64,000 nucleotides of DNA, from assembly GCA_019244185.1 (NCBI GenBank), contig JAFATB010000006.1:416001-480000 (forward strand), written 5' to 3'. Made by a program: the position numbers and the translations under genes. Position 1 is the first letter of the stretch. Each line of letters begins with the position of its first letter. The notes under the pieces were generated by a model. It searched no databases and was not told where the DNA came from. It was given only the letters and a program-made list of their open reading frames with translations. Shown here one piece after another: positions 1 through 10,672 of this stretch. The stretch comes from Acidobacteriota bacterium. GTDB lineage: Bacteria; Acidobacteriota; Thermoanaerobaculia; Gp7-AA8.

Positions 1-517
1 TGAAGCGGGCCAGCTCCGCGAGCACGTCCGCATCGCGCGTCACGAGATGGTTCTTGGTGATGATGCCGACCGGATTGCGAAAGTCGGCGAGCACCTGCAA
101 ACAGCCGCGCGTGAGTCCCAGGCGCCGCTCGATCGGCTGGTAGGGATCGGTGACGCCGCTGATGGCGATCGTCTTCGGCACCCACGACTTCGCGTTGAGC
201 TCCTCGGCCAGCAGCTGCGGCGCATCTTCTTTGACGAGGATCTTCGTCTCGAAGTCGAGACCGGCGGAGAAGCCGAGGTACTCGTGGGTCGGGCGTGCGA
301 AACAGTAGATGCAGCCGTGCTCGCAGCCGCGATAAGGATTCACGCTCGCGTCGAAGCCGACGTCGGGGCTGTCGTTCGTGGCGATGATGGTGCGCGTCGG
401 ATCGCGCAGGTACATCGTGTTGGGCGAGGTCTCGTCCGGCGGCGCATCCTCGTCGCGCTCGTAGGCGAGCGACTCGAAGCGGTTCTGCGGGTTCCAGCTC
501 GCGCCGCGGCCCTTCAC
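1..517 (-). CDS. PA0069-family radical SAM protein (runs off window start)
   Basis: Manual minus-strand translation from GTG 517: MKGRGASWNPQNRF...NPYRGCEHGCIYCFARPTHEYLG, with CxxxCxxC motif; GTGA overlap with upstream ADH stop. Not in the ORF track. Confidence 0.9.
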   Translation of the reverse strand, partial: MKGRGASWNPQNRFESLAYERDEDAPPDETSPNTMYLRDPTRTIIATNDSPDVGFDASVNPYRGCEHGCIYCFARPTHEYLGFSAGLDFETKILVKEDAPQLLAEELNAKSWVPKTIAISGVTDPYQPIERRLGLTRGCLQVLADFRNPVGIITKNHLVTRDADVLAELARF

Positions 518-1500
518 GCGACCTCCAGGACGGCGGTGCCGGTCAACTCTCCACTGCGTAGAGCGCGCAGCGCGTCGTTGGCGCGTTCCAGCGGATACGC
601 GGTGCGCTGCGTTTCGATGCGCAGCGAGGCGAGGCGCGCGAAGAATGCGAGACCGTCGGCGCGCGTGAGATTCGCGACGGAGCGGAGGACGCGCTCGCCC
701 CAGAGGAGGGAGTACGGGAAGGATGGAAGGTCGGTCATGTGGATGCCCGCACAGACGACGGTGCCGCCCTTGCGGAGTTGCGTCAGCGCGGTCACGACGA
801 GCTCGCCGGCCGGCGCGAAGACGATCGCAGCGTCCAACTCGAAGGGGCGCTCGCTTGTTCCTCCGGACGTTGCTTTGCGGGCCGTCGTTCCTCCGGCCCA
901 GACTGCCCCCATCCTCCGCGCAAACTCCTGCGCCGCGAGGTCGCCGTCGCGCGTGAACGCGTACACCTCCGCGCCGTCGGCGCGCGCGACCTGCGCGAGG
1001 ATCTGCGCGGCCGAGCCGAAGCCGTAGAAGCCGATGCACTTCGCGCCGGCGATCATGCGATACGCGCGATATCCGATGAGCCCCGCGCACAGCAGCGGCG
1101 CGGCCTCGGCGGGCGTGTAGTCCTCGGGGATCGCGAAGCAGTAGCGCGCGTCGGCGGCGACGTACTCCGCGTAACCGCCGTCGCGCGTGTAGCCGGTGAA
1201 GCGCGCGCGGTCGCAGAGGTTCTCCTCGCCGGCGACGCAGAAGCGGCAAACGCCGCACGTCCAGCCGAGCCACGGCACGCCGAGGCGGCGGCCGGTGGCG
1301 ACGTCGACGCCGACGATCTGATGGCCGGGGATGAGCGGCAGCTTTGGCTCGGCGAGCTCGCCGTCGACGAGATGGAGATCGGTGCGGCAGACGGCGCAGC
1401 ATTCGACGCGCAGCAGCACCTCGCCCTCGCGCGCCTCCGGCATCGCGACGTCGGCCGCTTCCAACAGACTTCCCGGTTGCCGCAGGAGCATCGCGCGCAT
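514..1500 (-). CDS. Zinc-dependent alcohol dehydrogenase family protein
   Basis: MRAMLLRQPG..., CRTDLH, GHQIVG, CGVCRFC..C, GFYGFG; start coupled to MFS stop (TGATG). Confidence 0.92.
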   Translation of the reverse strand: MRAMLLRQPGSLLEAADVAMPEAREGEVLLRVECCAVCRTDLHLVDGELAEPKLPLIPGHQIVGVDVATGRRLGVPWLGWTCGVCRFCVAGEENLCDRARFTGYTRDGGYAEYVAADARYCFAIPEDYTPAEAAPLLCAGLIGYRAYRMIAGAKCIGFYGFGSAAQILAQVARADGAEVYAFTRDGDLAAQEFARRMGAVWAGGTTARKATSGGTSERPFELDAAIVFAPAGELVVTALTQLRKGGTVVCAGIHMTDLPSFPYSLLWGERVLRSVANLTRADGLAFFARLASLRIETQRTAYPLERANDALRALRSGELTGTAVLEVA

Positions 1501-2720
1501 CAGAGCTCGCGCAATTTTCGCAGGCGGGGCGCCCTCCAGGCCGTCATTGCTACAACGAGTAGAGTCATCGATCCGCCAAAAAGCACGGACGGAACGACGC
1601 CCAGCAGTCTTGCCGCCACGCCGGATTCGAACGCGCCGATCTCGTTCGACGAGCCGATGAAGATCTGGTTGACCGCCGACACGCGGCCGAGGAGATGCTC
1701 GGGCGTGCGCGTCTGCAGGAGCGTCGAGCGGATCACGACGCTCACGTTGTCGAAGACGCCGCTCACGAAGAGCAGACCGAACGACAGCCACGCGTTGCGC
1801 GAGAGCGCGAAGCCGATCATGCAGACGCCGAACGCGGCGACGCTGACGAACAGCGCCAAACCGGCCCGGCGCATCGGCGGGCGGTGCGCGATCCAGAGCC
1901 CGGTGAGGATCGAGCCGACGGCCGGCGCGGCGCGGAGAATGCCGAGACCTTGCGGACCGATGGCGAGCAGCGTCGCGAACGCGGGCAGGAGCGCGGTCGC
2001 GCCGCCGAAGAGCACCGCGAAGAGATCGAGCGTCATCGCCGCGAGCAGCATCGGCTCGCCCCACAGAAAGCGGATGCCGACGGTGAGGCTCTCGCCGAGC
2101 GGCTCGCGCTCGACCGCGGCGGGACGCACGCGATGTTCGATCGACGCGATGATGGCCACGGTCAACGCCATCGCCACGACCACGCAGCCGTAGCCGAGCG
2201 CCGGTCCCGAGAAACCGTAGAGCAGACCGCCCACCGCGGGGCCGATCACCGCCGCGAGCTGCCACGACGATGAACGCCACGCCACGGAGTTCGCGTACAG
2301 CTCGCGCGGCACGACCTCGGCGGACAACGCGACCGTCGCCGGCCGCATGAAACTGCGCGCGGTCGCGCTGAGCGCGATCACGACGTACACCGGCCAGACG
2401 CGATGCGCGTGGATCGCGCCCGGCGTGACCGTCAGCAGCAGCAGCGCGATGCCGGACAGCAGCAGGCCGAACGCGCTCGTCAGCGCCACCGTGCGCCGCA
2501 CCGCGCGATCGGCAATGTGACCGGCGTACAGCGCGACGGCGATGTACGGCAGCGCCTCCGCGAGTCCGATGAGGCCCAGCGTCAGCGGATCGCGCGTGAG
2601 CGCGAAGATCTGCCAGCCGACGACGACGATCTGCGCTTCGCGCGCGATGGTGATCGAGCCGTAGGCGAGCAGGATCCTGCGGAAGTCGCGGATTCGCAGC
2701 GACGCGTAGGGAGACGGCAC
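1500..2720 (-). CDS. MFS transporter
   Basis: About 12 hydrophobic segments, GHIADRAVRR motif A; start placed at GTG 2720. Confidence 0.88.
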   Translation of the reverse strand: MPSPYASLRIRDFRRILLAYGSITIAREAQIVVVGWQIFALTRDPLTLGLIGLAEALPYIAVALYAGHIADRAVRRTVALTSAFGLLLSGIALLLLTVTPGAIHAHRVWPVYVVIALSATARSFMRPATVALSAEVVPRELYANSVAWRSSSWQLAAVIGPAVGGLLYGFSGPALGYGCVVVAMALTVAIIASIEHRVRPAAVEREPLGESLTVGIRFLWGEPMLLAAMTLDLFAVLFGGATALLPAFATLLAIGPQGLGILRAAPAVGSILTGLWIAHRPPMRRAGLALFVSVAAFGVCMIGFALSRNAWLSFGLLFVSGVFDNVSVVIRSTLLQTRTPEHLLGRVSAVNQIFIGSSNEIGAFESGVAARLLGVVPSVLFGGSMTLLVVAMTAWRAPRLRKLREL

Positions 2721-2783
2721 GGCGCGGGAGTTTACGCGAGGTCGACAAACCGCATCCGGCATTGGTGCTACGCTTCTGCTCGA

Positions 2784-3401
2784 TTGCTTCGTGAAACGAA
2801 GTCCGAGAAGAGCCGCAGGGCGGTCCTCGACGCGGGGCTGGAGCTGTTCTCGAGCAACGGGTTTCGGGCGACGACGGTGCGGGAGATCGCCGACGGCGCG
2901 GGCGTCTCGACCGGCAACGTCTACCATCACTTTCCGGACAAGGAAGCGATCTTCCGCGCGCTCATCGACGAGTATCTCGACCTGACGAGCACGCACCGCT
3001 TTCCGTTCACGCGCGCGCTGCACGAGACCACGCACTTCCCCGACAACATCGAGGAGCTCGGCTACGCGGCGCGCGAGTCGATCCGCAAGTTCCGGCCATA
3101 TCTCGCGCTGATTTACGTCGACGTCATCGAGTTCGGCGGCACGCACATCCAGCGCTTCTACGGCGAGATGGCGGCGCGCTTCACGAAGTTCTTCGAAGAG
3201 CGCGCGGACCTCGGCGAGATCAAGGCGCGCCTGCGTCCGAACGTCTCGCCGACCGACGCGCTGCTCCTCACCGCGCGGCTCTTCTTCAACTACTTCTCCC
3301 TCGAGATTCTCTTCGGCGTGGCCGAGCCGTTCGGCAAAGATCCCGCGGCGGTCGTCGAGCAGATCGCCGACATTCTGCGCAACGGGATCTGCGCGCGATG
3401 A
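2784..3401 (+). CDS. TetR/AcrR family transcriptional regulator
   Basis: GFRATTVREIADGAGVSTGNVYHHFPDKEAIF HTH; divergent from MFS; start uncertain. Confidence 0.9.
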   Translation: MLRETKSEKSRRAVLDAGLELFSSNGFRATTVREIADGAGVSTGNVYHHFPDKEAIFRALIDEYLDLTSTHRFPFTRALHETTHFPDNIEELGYAARESIRKFRPYLALIYVDVIEFGGTHIQRFYGEMAARFTKFFEERADLGEIKARLRPNVSPTDALLLTARLFFNYFSLEILFGVAEPFGKDPAAVVEQIADILRNGICAR

Positions 3402-4141
3402 GCTGGTCGCCCGAGCAATACGAACGATTCAAGGGCGAGCGCAAGCAACCGTTCGTCGATCTGGCCGCGCTCGTCGAGCGGCGTCCGCACATGCACGTCG
3501 TCGACCTCGGCTGCGGCACGGGCGAGCTGACGCGCGAGCTGCACGAATCGCTCGGCGCGGACGAAACCGTCGGCATCGACAACTCGGAGACGATGCTCCT
3601 CAAGGCGCGCGCGTTCGGCGACGAGCTGCTGCGCTTCGAGCGCGGCGACATCGAGGCGTTCGTCAGCGACCGGCCGTTCGATCTCATCTTCTCGAACGCC
3701 GCGCTGCATTGGGTGCCCGATCACGAGCAGCTGCTCGCGCGCCTCACGAGCCTCCTCGCGCCCGGCGGACAGCTCGCGATCCAGATGCCGGACAACGACG
3801 AGCACACCTCGCATCGCGTGGCCGCGGATGTCGCGGCGCGTTTCGGCGCGGCGCCGCGTCCCAACTACGTGCTCCCGCCCGCGCGCTACGCGGAGCTGCT
3901 GCATCGCCTCGGCTTCCAGCGGCAGCACGTGCGCGTGCAGATCTACGGGCATCTCCTGCCGGCATCGAGCGACGTCGTCGAGTGGGTGCGCGGCGCGCTG
4001 CTGACGCATTACGAGGCGGAGCTCGGCGCGCGCTTCGACGACTTTCTCGCGACGTATCGCGAGGAGCTGCAGCGCGCGCTCGGCGAACAGCGGCCGTACT
4101 TTTACACGTACAAGCGCGTGCTGTTCTGGGGCTCGTTCTAA
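3398..4141 (+). CDS. tam: Trans-aconitate 2-methyltransferase-like SAM methyltransferase
   Basis: MSWSPEQYERF, VVDLGCGTG, IFSNAALHWVPDH. Confidence 0.8.
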   Translation: MSWSPEQYERFKGERKQPFVDLAALVERRPHMHVVDLGCGTGELTRELHESLGADETVGIDNSETMLLKARAFGDELLRFERGDIEAFVSDRPFDLIFSNAALHWVPDHEQLLARLTSLLAPGGQLAIQMPDNDEHTSHRVAADVAARFGAAPRPNYVLPPARYAELLHRLGFQRQHVRVQIYGHLLPASSDVVEWVRGALLTHYEAELGARFDDFLATYREELQRALGEQRPYFYTYKRVLFWGSF

Positions 4142-4145
4142 GAAA

Positions 4146-4622
4146 TCACTCCTCGGCGAGGATGGCGTGCACGCCGAGCATCAGCGTCGCCGACGCGAGC
4201 ACGAACACGAGCGCGAGCACCGACAGCGACAGCGTCTGCGCGCGCGCGGCCGTCTCCAGCATGCCCGCGGGCGTGAAGCCGCGGATCCACCGCTCGACCG
4301 CCTCCCATTTCGCCATCAGCAGCCCGGCCCAGCCCGCGGCGACGAGGAGGTACGCGAGCATCTGCACGGCGTTGAGCGGGCGCGAGACGCGCGCGACGTC
4401 GGCGGGCGTGCGGATGAGCTGCGCCTTCAACCACACCAGTTGCGGATCGGGAAGGATGTGCTCGCGGTCGCTGATGCGCGCGAAGCGCTCCATCCACGGC
4501 GCGACCGACATCGCGGCGACGCAGTCGTCGCAGCCGGAGAGATGCTCGCGCAGCGCGTCCGTCCAGCGGTCGGCGGCGGCGGCGCGCAGCACCTCGCGTT
4601 CGTAGCGGCAACGCTCGCTCAT
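4146..4622 (-). CDS. Membrane-anchored zinc-binding anti-sigma factor
   Basis: HLSGCDDC (HxxxCxxC) followed by two TM helices; overlaps ECF sigma stop. Confidence 0.75.
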   Translation of the reverse strand: MSERCRYEREVLRAAAADRWTDALREHLSGCDDCVAAMSVAPWMERFARISDREHILPDPQLVWLKAQLIRTPADVARVSRPLNAVQMLAYLLVAAGWAGLLMAKWEAVERWIRGFTPAGMLETAARAQTLSLSVLALVFVLASATLMLGVHAILAEE

Positions 4623-5203
4623 CGTGTCTTCTCCGGCCCGAGGCCTTTGCGCGTCAGGAGATCGCCGAGGCGTTTGCGCGCGCGGAAGAGCAGCACCTTC
4701 ACGCTCTTCGCCTTGACGCCGAGGGCTTCCGAGATCGTCTCGTGGTCGGCTTCTTCGACGTGCGCGAGCCAGAGCAGCGCGCGCTCGCGCGGCTTGAGCT
4801 CGGCGAACGTCTTCATCATGTCGTGACGCAGCAGCTCGCGCGACTCGGTGCTCGCGTCGGCGCGCGGCGCCGGCTCCGCGTGCGCGCGGTCGCGCTTCGT
4901 CTCGCGGAAATGATCGAACGCGAGATTCGTCGCGGTGCGGAAGAGCCAGCGCCGCTGATGCTCCTCGCTCGTGAGCACGGGGTTCGCGCGGAGGAAGCGG
5001 AAGAACGCCTTCTGTAGCAGATCGTCCGACGCCGCGACGTCGCCGGTGAGCCGGTAGAGATAGGACCAGAGTCCGCCCGCGTTGCGGCGGTAGAACATCT
5101 CGAACCGGGCCTCGTCCATCGGCTTCGGCGCTCCCGTGCGGGAAGCGTCCGGGTCACCGGCGGCGACCAGCGTCGGCAGCGTCATGAGAGCTTCGGCCAC
5201 CAT
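4619..5203 (-). CDS. ECF RNA polymerase sigma factor
   Basis: DDLLQKAF, WLFRTATNLAFDHFR, VKVLLFRARKRL (sigma regions 2 and 4). Confidence 0.92.
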   Translation of the reverse strand: MVAEALMTLPTLVAAGDPDASRTGAPKPMDEARFEMFYRRNAGGLWSYLYRLTGDVAASDDLLQKAFFRFLRANPVLTSEEHQRRWLFRTATNLAFDHFRETKRDRAHAEPAPRADASTESRELLRHDMMKTFAELKPRERALLWLAHVEEADHETISEALGVKAKSVKVLLFRARKRLGDLLTRKGLGPEKTR

Positions 5204-5207
5204 GACA

Positions 5208-5654
5208 TCACAGACGCGTGAGCTCGCCCTCGGGTTGCGCGTTCGACGTCATCTTCAGCGAAAGGAGCCCGGCCAGCAGATACCCGATGCCGAGCGAGAT
5301 GACGATCACCGCCGCGATCGTGAAGTCGTGGTCGACCGTGAACGCGAGCACCGCGAAGCCAACGCCGAGCGCCGTCAGGATGATCGCGCGGCGGAACCCG
5401 CCCACGATGCGGTCGCGCGCGAGCACGGACGGCCCGCTCTGCACGCCACTGACGAACTGCCGGCCCGACTCCGACTGCAGGAACTGGATGAGATCGGGCG
5501 CGGAGCCGAAGCGATCGATGAGCTTCGCCTGCATCTCCGCCTGCAACTCGAGGCGCCGCTGACGGCTGCGGCTGGTGAAGTAAACGATCAGCACCGCCCC
5601 GGCGAACGACGCCAGGATGCCGGTGATGGGAATCATGAGGGTTGCAGCGTCCAT
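5208..5654 (-). CDS. Small 3-TM membrane protein leading the ECF operon (DUF6249-like)
   Basis: GAGGAG RBS before ATG 5654; TM, charged linker, two TM. Confidence 0.65.
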   Translation of the reverse strand: MDAATLMIPITGILASFAGAVLIVYFTSRSRQRRLELQAEMQAKLIDRFGSAPDLIQFLQSESGRQFVSGVQSGPSVLARDRIVGGFRRAIILTALGVGFAVLAFTVDHDFTIAAVIVISLGIGYLLAGLLSLKMTSNAQPEGELTRL

Positions 5655-5673
5655 GGTTTCTCCTCGCACGCAA

Positions 5674-5701
5674 CTACGGAGAAGCGCGCCTCCGGGTTAA
5701 C
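5674..5701 (-). promoter_or_regulatory. Candidate ECF-type promoter (AAC-N17-CGT) for the sigma operon
   Basis: Minus strand GTTAAC-ccggaggcgcgcttctc-CGTAG just upstream of the first gene. Confidence 0.5.
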
Positions 5702-5751
5702 AGCGTCTTGGTGAATGACGGCAAAACCGCTAGAATGCACGGCATCCCAGC

Positions 5752-6222
5752 ATGAGCATCGAAGTTCAGGACCTCCGCAAGGGGGCACGGTTCCTGGCGG
5801 TGGCCCCGCTCGCCGGCACGTTCAGCGCGTCGGAAGTGACGGTCATCAACATCAGCCTCGGCGGCGCGCAGCTGATGCACGCGCAGCCGCTGCGCATCGG
5901 CACGCGCGCGAAGCTGTGGTTCCAGGTCGGCGACGTCGTCTGCAGCACGCAGGCGCGCGTGCTCTGGAGCCATCTCTCTCAGCACGCGAACGAGAGCGGC
6001 AAGTTCGTGTACACCTCGGGGCTGCAGGTCGACGCGCCCGAACCGTCGTACGCGGCGTCGATCAACGCGCTCTTCACGCGCGGCATGATCCGCAAGGACA
6101 CGAACTCGCTCGAGAGGAAGCGCGAGCGCCTGCTCGAGCGCGAACGCGAGCGAGCGCGCGCCACGATGCGGACGAACATCATCTCCGGCGGCCTGCCGAA
6201 AGACACGACGCCCGAAGGCTAG
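5752..6222 (+). CDS. PilZ domain protein
   Basis: RKGAR (RxxxR) and NISLGG (D/NxSxxG) motifs. Confidence 0.8.
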   Translation: MSIEVQDLRKGARFLAVAPLAGTFSASEVTVINISLGGAQLMHAQPLRIGTRAKLWFQVGDVVCSTQARVLWSHLSQHANESGKFVYTSGLQVDAPEPSYAASINALFTRGMIRKDTNSLERKRERLLERERERARATMRTNIISGGLPKDTTPEG

Positions 6223-6287
6223 CGTTCCGCGCTTCCCGATCCACGCCGCCGAAGCGCTGTTCGTGTACACTCCTCCTTATCGGAGGA

Positions 6288-7483
6288 ATGATGGACGTAA
6301 ACAAAGACAGCAGCTTTGGATTCGGCGTGAACGTCACCGGCGGAAGCAGCGGCACGACGATGACGGTCAACACCCGGCAGGACCTCATCAAGGCGCTGAC
6401 GTCGTCGAACCTCGCCAACAAAATCGTCGAAATCGACAATCCGAAAGACGGCGACTACGACTTCGGCGGCTTGGGCGAGGGGCAGTCGCTCGCCATCGCC
6501 GCGAAGAACGTCACCATTCGCGCGCGGCGAACGCGAAGCCGGTGCTGAAGAACGTCCAGTTCAAGATCGACCTCGAGAAGTCGAACAACGTCCTGATCGA
6601 GGACCTGATCTTCCGTTCGGACGGAAAGGTCGACCGCGCCCGCGACGCCATCCTGTTCAACACGACCATCCCGAGCGACCGCGATGCCTCCGCCACGAAT
6701 CCCGTCGGCCTGCGCGTGACGCACTGCGCGTTCGACGGCTACCTCGACATGTCCATCGAGTCGCGCGGTGCCGCAGGCCGCCCGCGCATTCTCGCCACGA
6801 TCGATCACTGCCTCTTCTTCGACAACCGTCCCGGCGAGCCGGCGGATGGATTCGCCAATCGCGGCGGGGTCAATCTGGCCGTCGCGCTGGATACGAACGC
6901 CGCGGCTGCCGAGCTGGCGGGAAACGCACGGATCACCGTCGCCTACAACGCCTTCATCCGCGTGTGGCGGCGCATGCCGCGCGTGGCGCAGGGAAACGTC
7001 GGACACGCATACAACAACCTGCTGTTTCAATGGGGCCACACCGGCGACCATACGCGTCCTGAAACCAGCTGGAACGCGACTCCCGTGGGCGCCGACAAGA
7101 CCAAGGACGCGACGGCAGTCATCCAGGCGAACCGCTACCTTCCGTGGAGCCAGAAGCAGGATCTCAACCACGCGATCACCGTCGACGACGGCACGAAGGC
7201 CGATCTCAATCTCGACAACCGGCCGAACCTGAAGCCGAACCGCTTCGACGATCCGAACGGACGGCCGCTCCCGAACAAACCCGATCTGAAAGGACCGTTC
7301 ACGCAGCTGAGCGTCGCGAAGCTGTACAGCGATGATGGTCTCCGCGAGCCGTCCGTGCAGCCGATCGAAGCGGTGGTGTGGCGCGACGTGCTCGAGGGCG
7401 CCGGTCCACGGCGCACGTTCGACGCGGACGATCCGATCGACCGGGGGAAAGGGCACGCGCGATCGCTGGTGCAGCAGGGCTGA
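6288..7483 (+). pseudogene. Pectate lyase (PL1)-like beta-helix protein, frameshifted near 6519-6526
   Basis: N-part FGFGVNVTGG...KNVTIRA after GGAGG RBS; C-part with TIDHCLF, RRMPRV, HAYNNL in another frame; removing one CG from (CG)4 joins them. Confidence 0.7.
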
Positions 7484-7498
7484 GAACTTCGAGGTCCG

Positions 7499-8548
7499 TC
7501 ACGGGTCGAAGCCGATGAAGTTCGGCTCCGGATGGATCTCGACGCCGTACGCCGCGCGCACCTTCTCCTGAATCATCCGCACGAGCTCCAGCACCTCGCG
7601 CGCGGTGCCGCCGCCGCGATTGATCACCGCGAGCGTGTGCTTCGACGAGAGCCCCACGTTGCCGTGCACGAAGCCCTTGTGAAAGCCGGCGTGCTCGATG
7701 AGCCACGCCGCCGAGAGCTTCACCTCGTCACCCGATGGAAAGTGCGGAGCCTCGGGCGCGCGCGCGGCGAACTCCGCGTATTGCGCCGCGCTGAGCACGG
7801 GATTCATGAAGAACGAGCCGTCGCTGCGCGTGTCGTCGTCGGCCGGATCGAGCACCATGCCCTTGCGTTTGCGGATGGCGATCACCGCCGCGCGCACGCC
7901 GGCGAGATCGCGAGCATCGATGCCGTGCTCGTCGACGTACTTTTGCAGCTCGGGATAGCGGATCGACGCCGCGCCGCCGACGGTCAGGCGGAACGTCACC
8001 GACAGCACGACGTAGCGCTCGCGCTCGTAGTTCTTGAAGAGGCTCGAGCGATAGCCGAAGCGGCAGTCCCAGTTGGTAAACCACTTGACCAGTCCGGTCG
8101 TGCGGTCGAGCACTTCCACCCGCACGATCGTCTCGCTGACGTCCTGCCCGTACGCGCCGACGTTCTGGATCGGCGTCGCGCCGCAAGAGCCGGGAATGCC
8201 GGAGAGACACTCGACGCCCGCCCATCGGTGCGCCACCGTCATCGCCACGAACGCGTCCCACGGCTCGCCCGCGGCGACTTTCACCATCGCGTGCGCGTCT
8301 TCGCTCTCGACGGTCACGCCGCGCAGCTCGAGCCGCACGACGAGCCCGTCGAAGCCTTCGTCGCTGATGAGGAGATTGCTGCCGCCGCCGAGGAGGAAGA
8401 GGGGCTGCTGGCGATCGCGCGCCCAATCGATGGCGGCGCGGAGCTCGTCGACGTCGGAGACGCGCAGGAAGTAGCGCGCCGGACCGCCGATGCCGATCGT
8501 GGTGAACTGCGCAAGCGGGACGTGTTCCTCGATCTGCAGCGCCGGCAT
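7499..8548 (-). CDS. murB: UDP-N-acetylmuramate dehydrogenase
   Basis: TTIGIGGPA, GGGSNLL, GIPGSCGATPIQNVGAYG, GSFFMNP, SAAWLIE. Confidence 0.96.
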   Translation of the reverse strand: MPALQIEEHVPLAQFTTIGIGGPARYFLRVSDVDELRAAIDWARDRQQPLFLLGGGSNLLISDEGFDGLVVRLELRGVTVESEDAHAMVKVAAGEPWDAFVAMTVAHRWAGVECLSGIPGSCGATPIQNVGAYGQDVSETIVRVEVLDRTTGLVKWFTNWDCRFGYRSSLFKNYERERYVVLSVTFRLTVGGAASIRYPELQKYVDEHGIDARDLAGVRAAVIAIRKRKGMVLDPADDDTRSDGSFFMNPVLSAAQYAEFAARAPEAPHFPSGDEVKLSAAWLIEHAGFHKGFVHGNVGLSSKHTLAVINRGGGTAREVLELVRMIQEKVRAAYGVEIHPEPNFIGFDP

Positions 8549-8613
8549 CGTGCGCGGCGAGGATACAAAATCTTTACCCGGCACGCGCAAACAACGTAAT
8601 GTTCCCGGCACGT

Positions 8614-9945
<1,332 letters not shown>

Positions 9946-9991
9946 ACGCGCCGCCGCTCACGAATCCGCATCGCTCACGAATCCGCGCCGC

Positions 9992-10504
9992 TCAGAACGT
10001 CCGGAACTGCGCGACGTCCGCCTCGTCGGCGACGAACATCCGGCTCACGCCGGAGTTGCAGTACGCCCAGTCGTGGCTGATGCCGGTGACCATCAGCGAC
10101 TCGTCGGGACAGAGCTCGCCGAGCGCGGCGCCGAGCGTATGCACGTCCGTGCGGTCGTCGCTCTGGATGACGAACGTCGATTCGAACGGCAGGTCGACGA
10201 CGGTGCCGAGGCGCGCGAGCGCGTCGTGCAGCTCGGCGTAGTCGGCGCCCGGCGTCAAGCTGTGGCGCACGAGCAGGAAGTCGCGCGTGTTCGTGAACTG
10301 CGCCGACGCGACGAGCAGCTTCGCGTCCGCGCCGAGGTTCGCACGCAGGTAGCGGACGAGCGGCGCGGCGTGGCGTCCCTCGGGCAGAAACACCTGCCAG
10401 CTCTGATCGAAGTTGGGCTCCGCGCCGAGCCGGCGCATCACGTGGGAAACCTCCACCGTGAGATCGCCTTCATAGCAGATCTGGAACAGTCTGACCTCGC
10501 CCAT
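9992..10504 (-). CDS. Hypothetical protein with two tandem small alpha/beta (Cas2/VapD-like?) domains
   Basis: GGAGGG RBS, typical codon usage, internal two-fold similarity; fold call is inference. Confidence 0.6.
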   Translation of the reverse strand: MGEVRLFQICYEGDLTVEVSHVMRRLGAEPNFDQSWQVFLPEGRHAAPLVRYLRANLGADAKLLVASAQFTNTRDFLLVRHSLTPGADYAELHDALARLGTVVDLPFESTFVIQSDDRTDVHTLGAALGELCPDESLMVTGISHDWAYCNSGVSRMFVADEADVAQFRTF

Positions 10505-10571
10505 TCACACCCTCCCACTTCCAGACTTTCGTGTTGTGAGGTTGGAGAAGATGGTAGCAGAAGGAAAAGCT

Positions 10572-10666
10572 GAATGAAGAATGCAGAACGCAGAATGAAG
10601 AATTGAGAAATGGAGACCGGTCCCCTTTCTTCATTCTGAATTCTGCGTTCTGCGTTCTGCGTTCTG
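10572..10666. repeat. Inverted pair of heptamer tandem repeats
   Basis: GAATGAA GAATGCA GAACGCA GAATGAA ... TTCTTCA TTCTGAA TTCTGCG TTCTGCG TTCTGCG. Confidence 0.85.
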
Positions 10667-10672
10667 GTTTCC

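Noticed and set aside
47-1027. 326-aa plus-strand ORF
   Set aside because: Antisense shadow of the radical SAM and ADH genes.
9950-9995. GCTCACGAATCCGC direct repeat between convergent genes
   Set aside because: Two short copies with no supportable function.
10572-10666. Possible CRISPR array beside a Cas2-like gene
   Set aside because: Units are 7 bp with no spacers; no cas genes or repeat-spacer array seen in the window.
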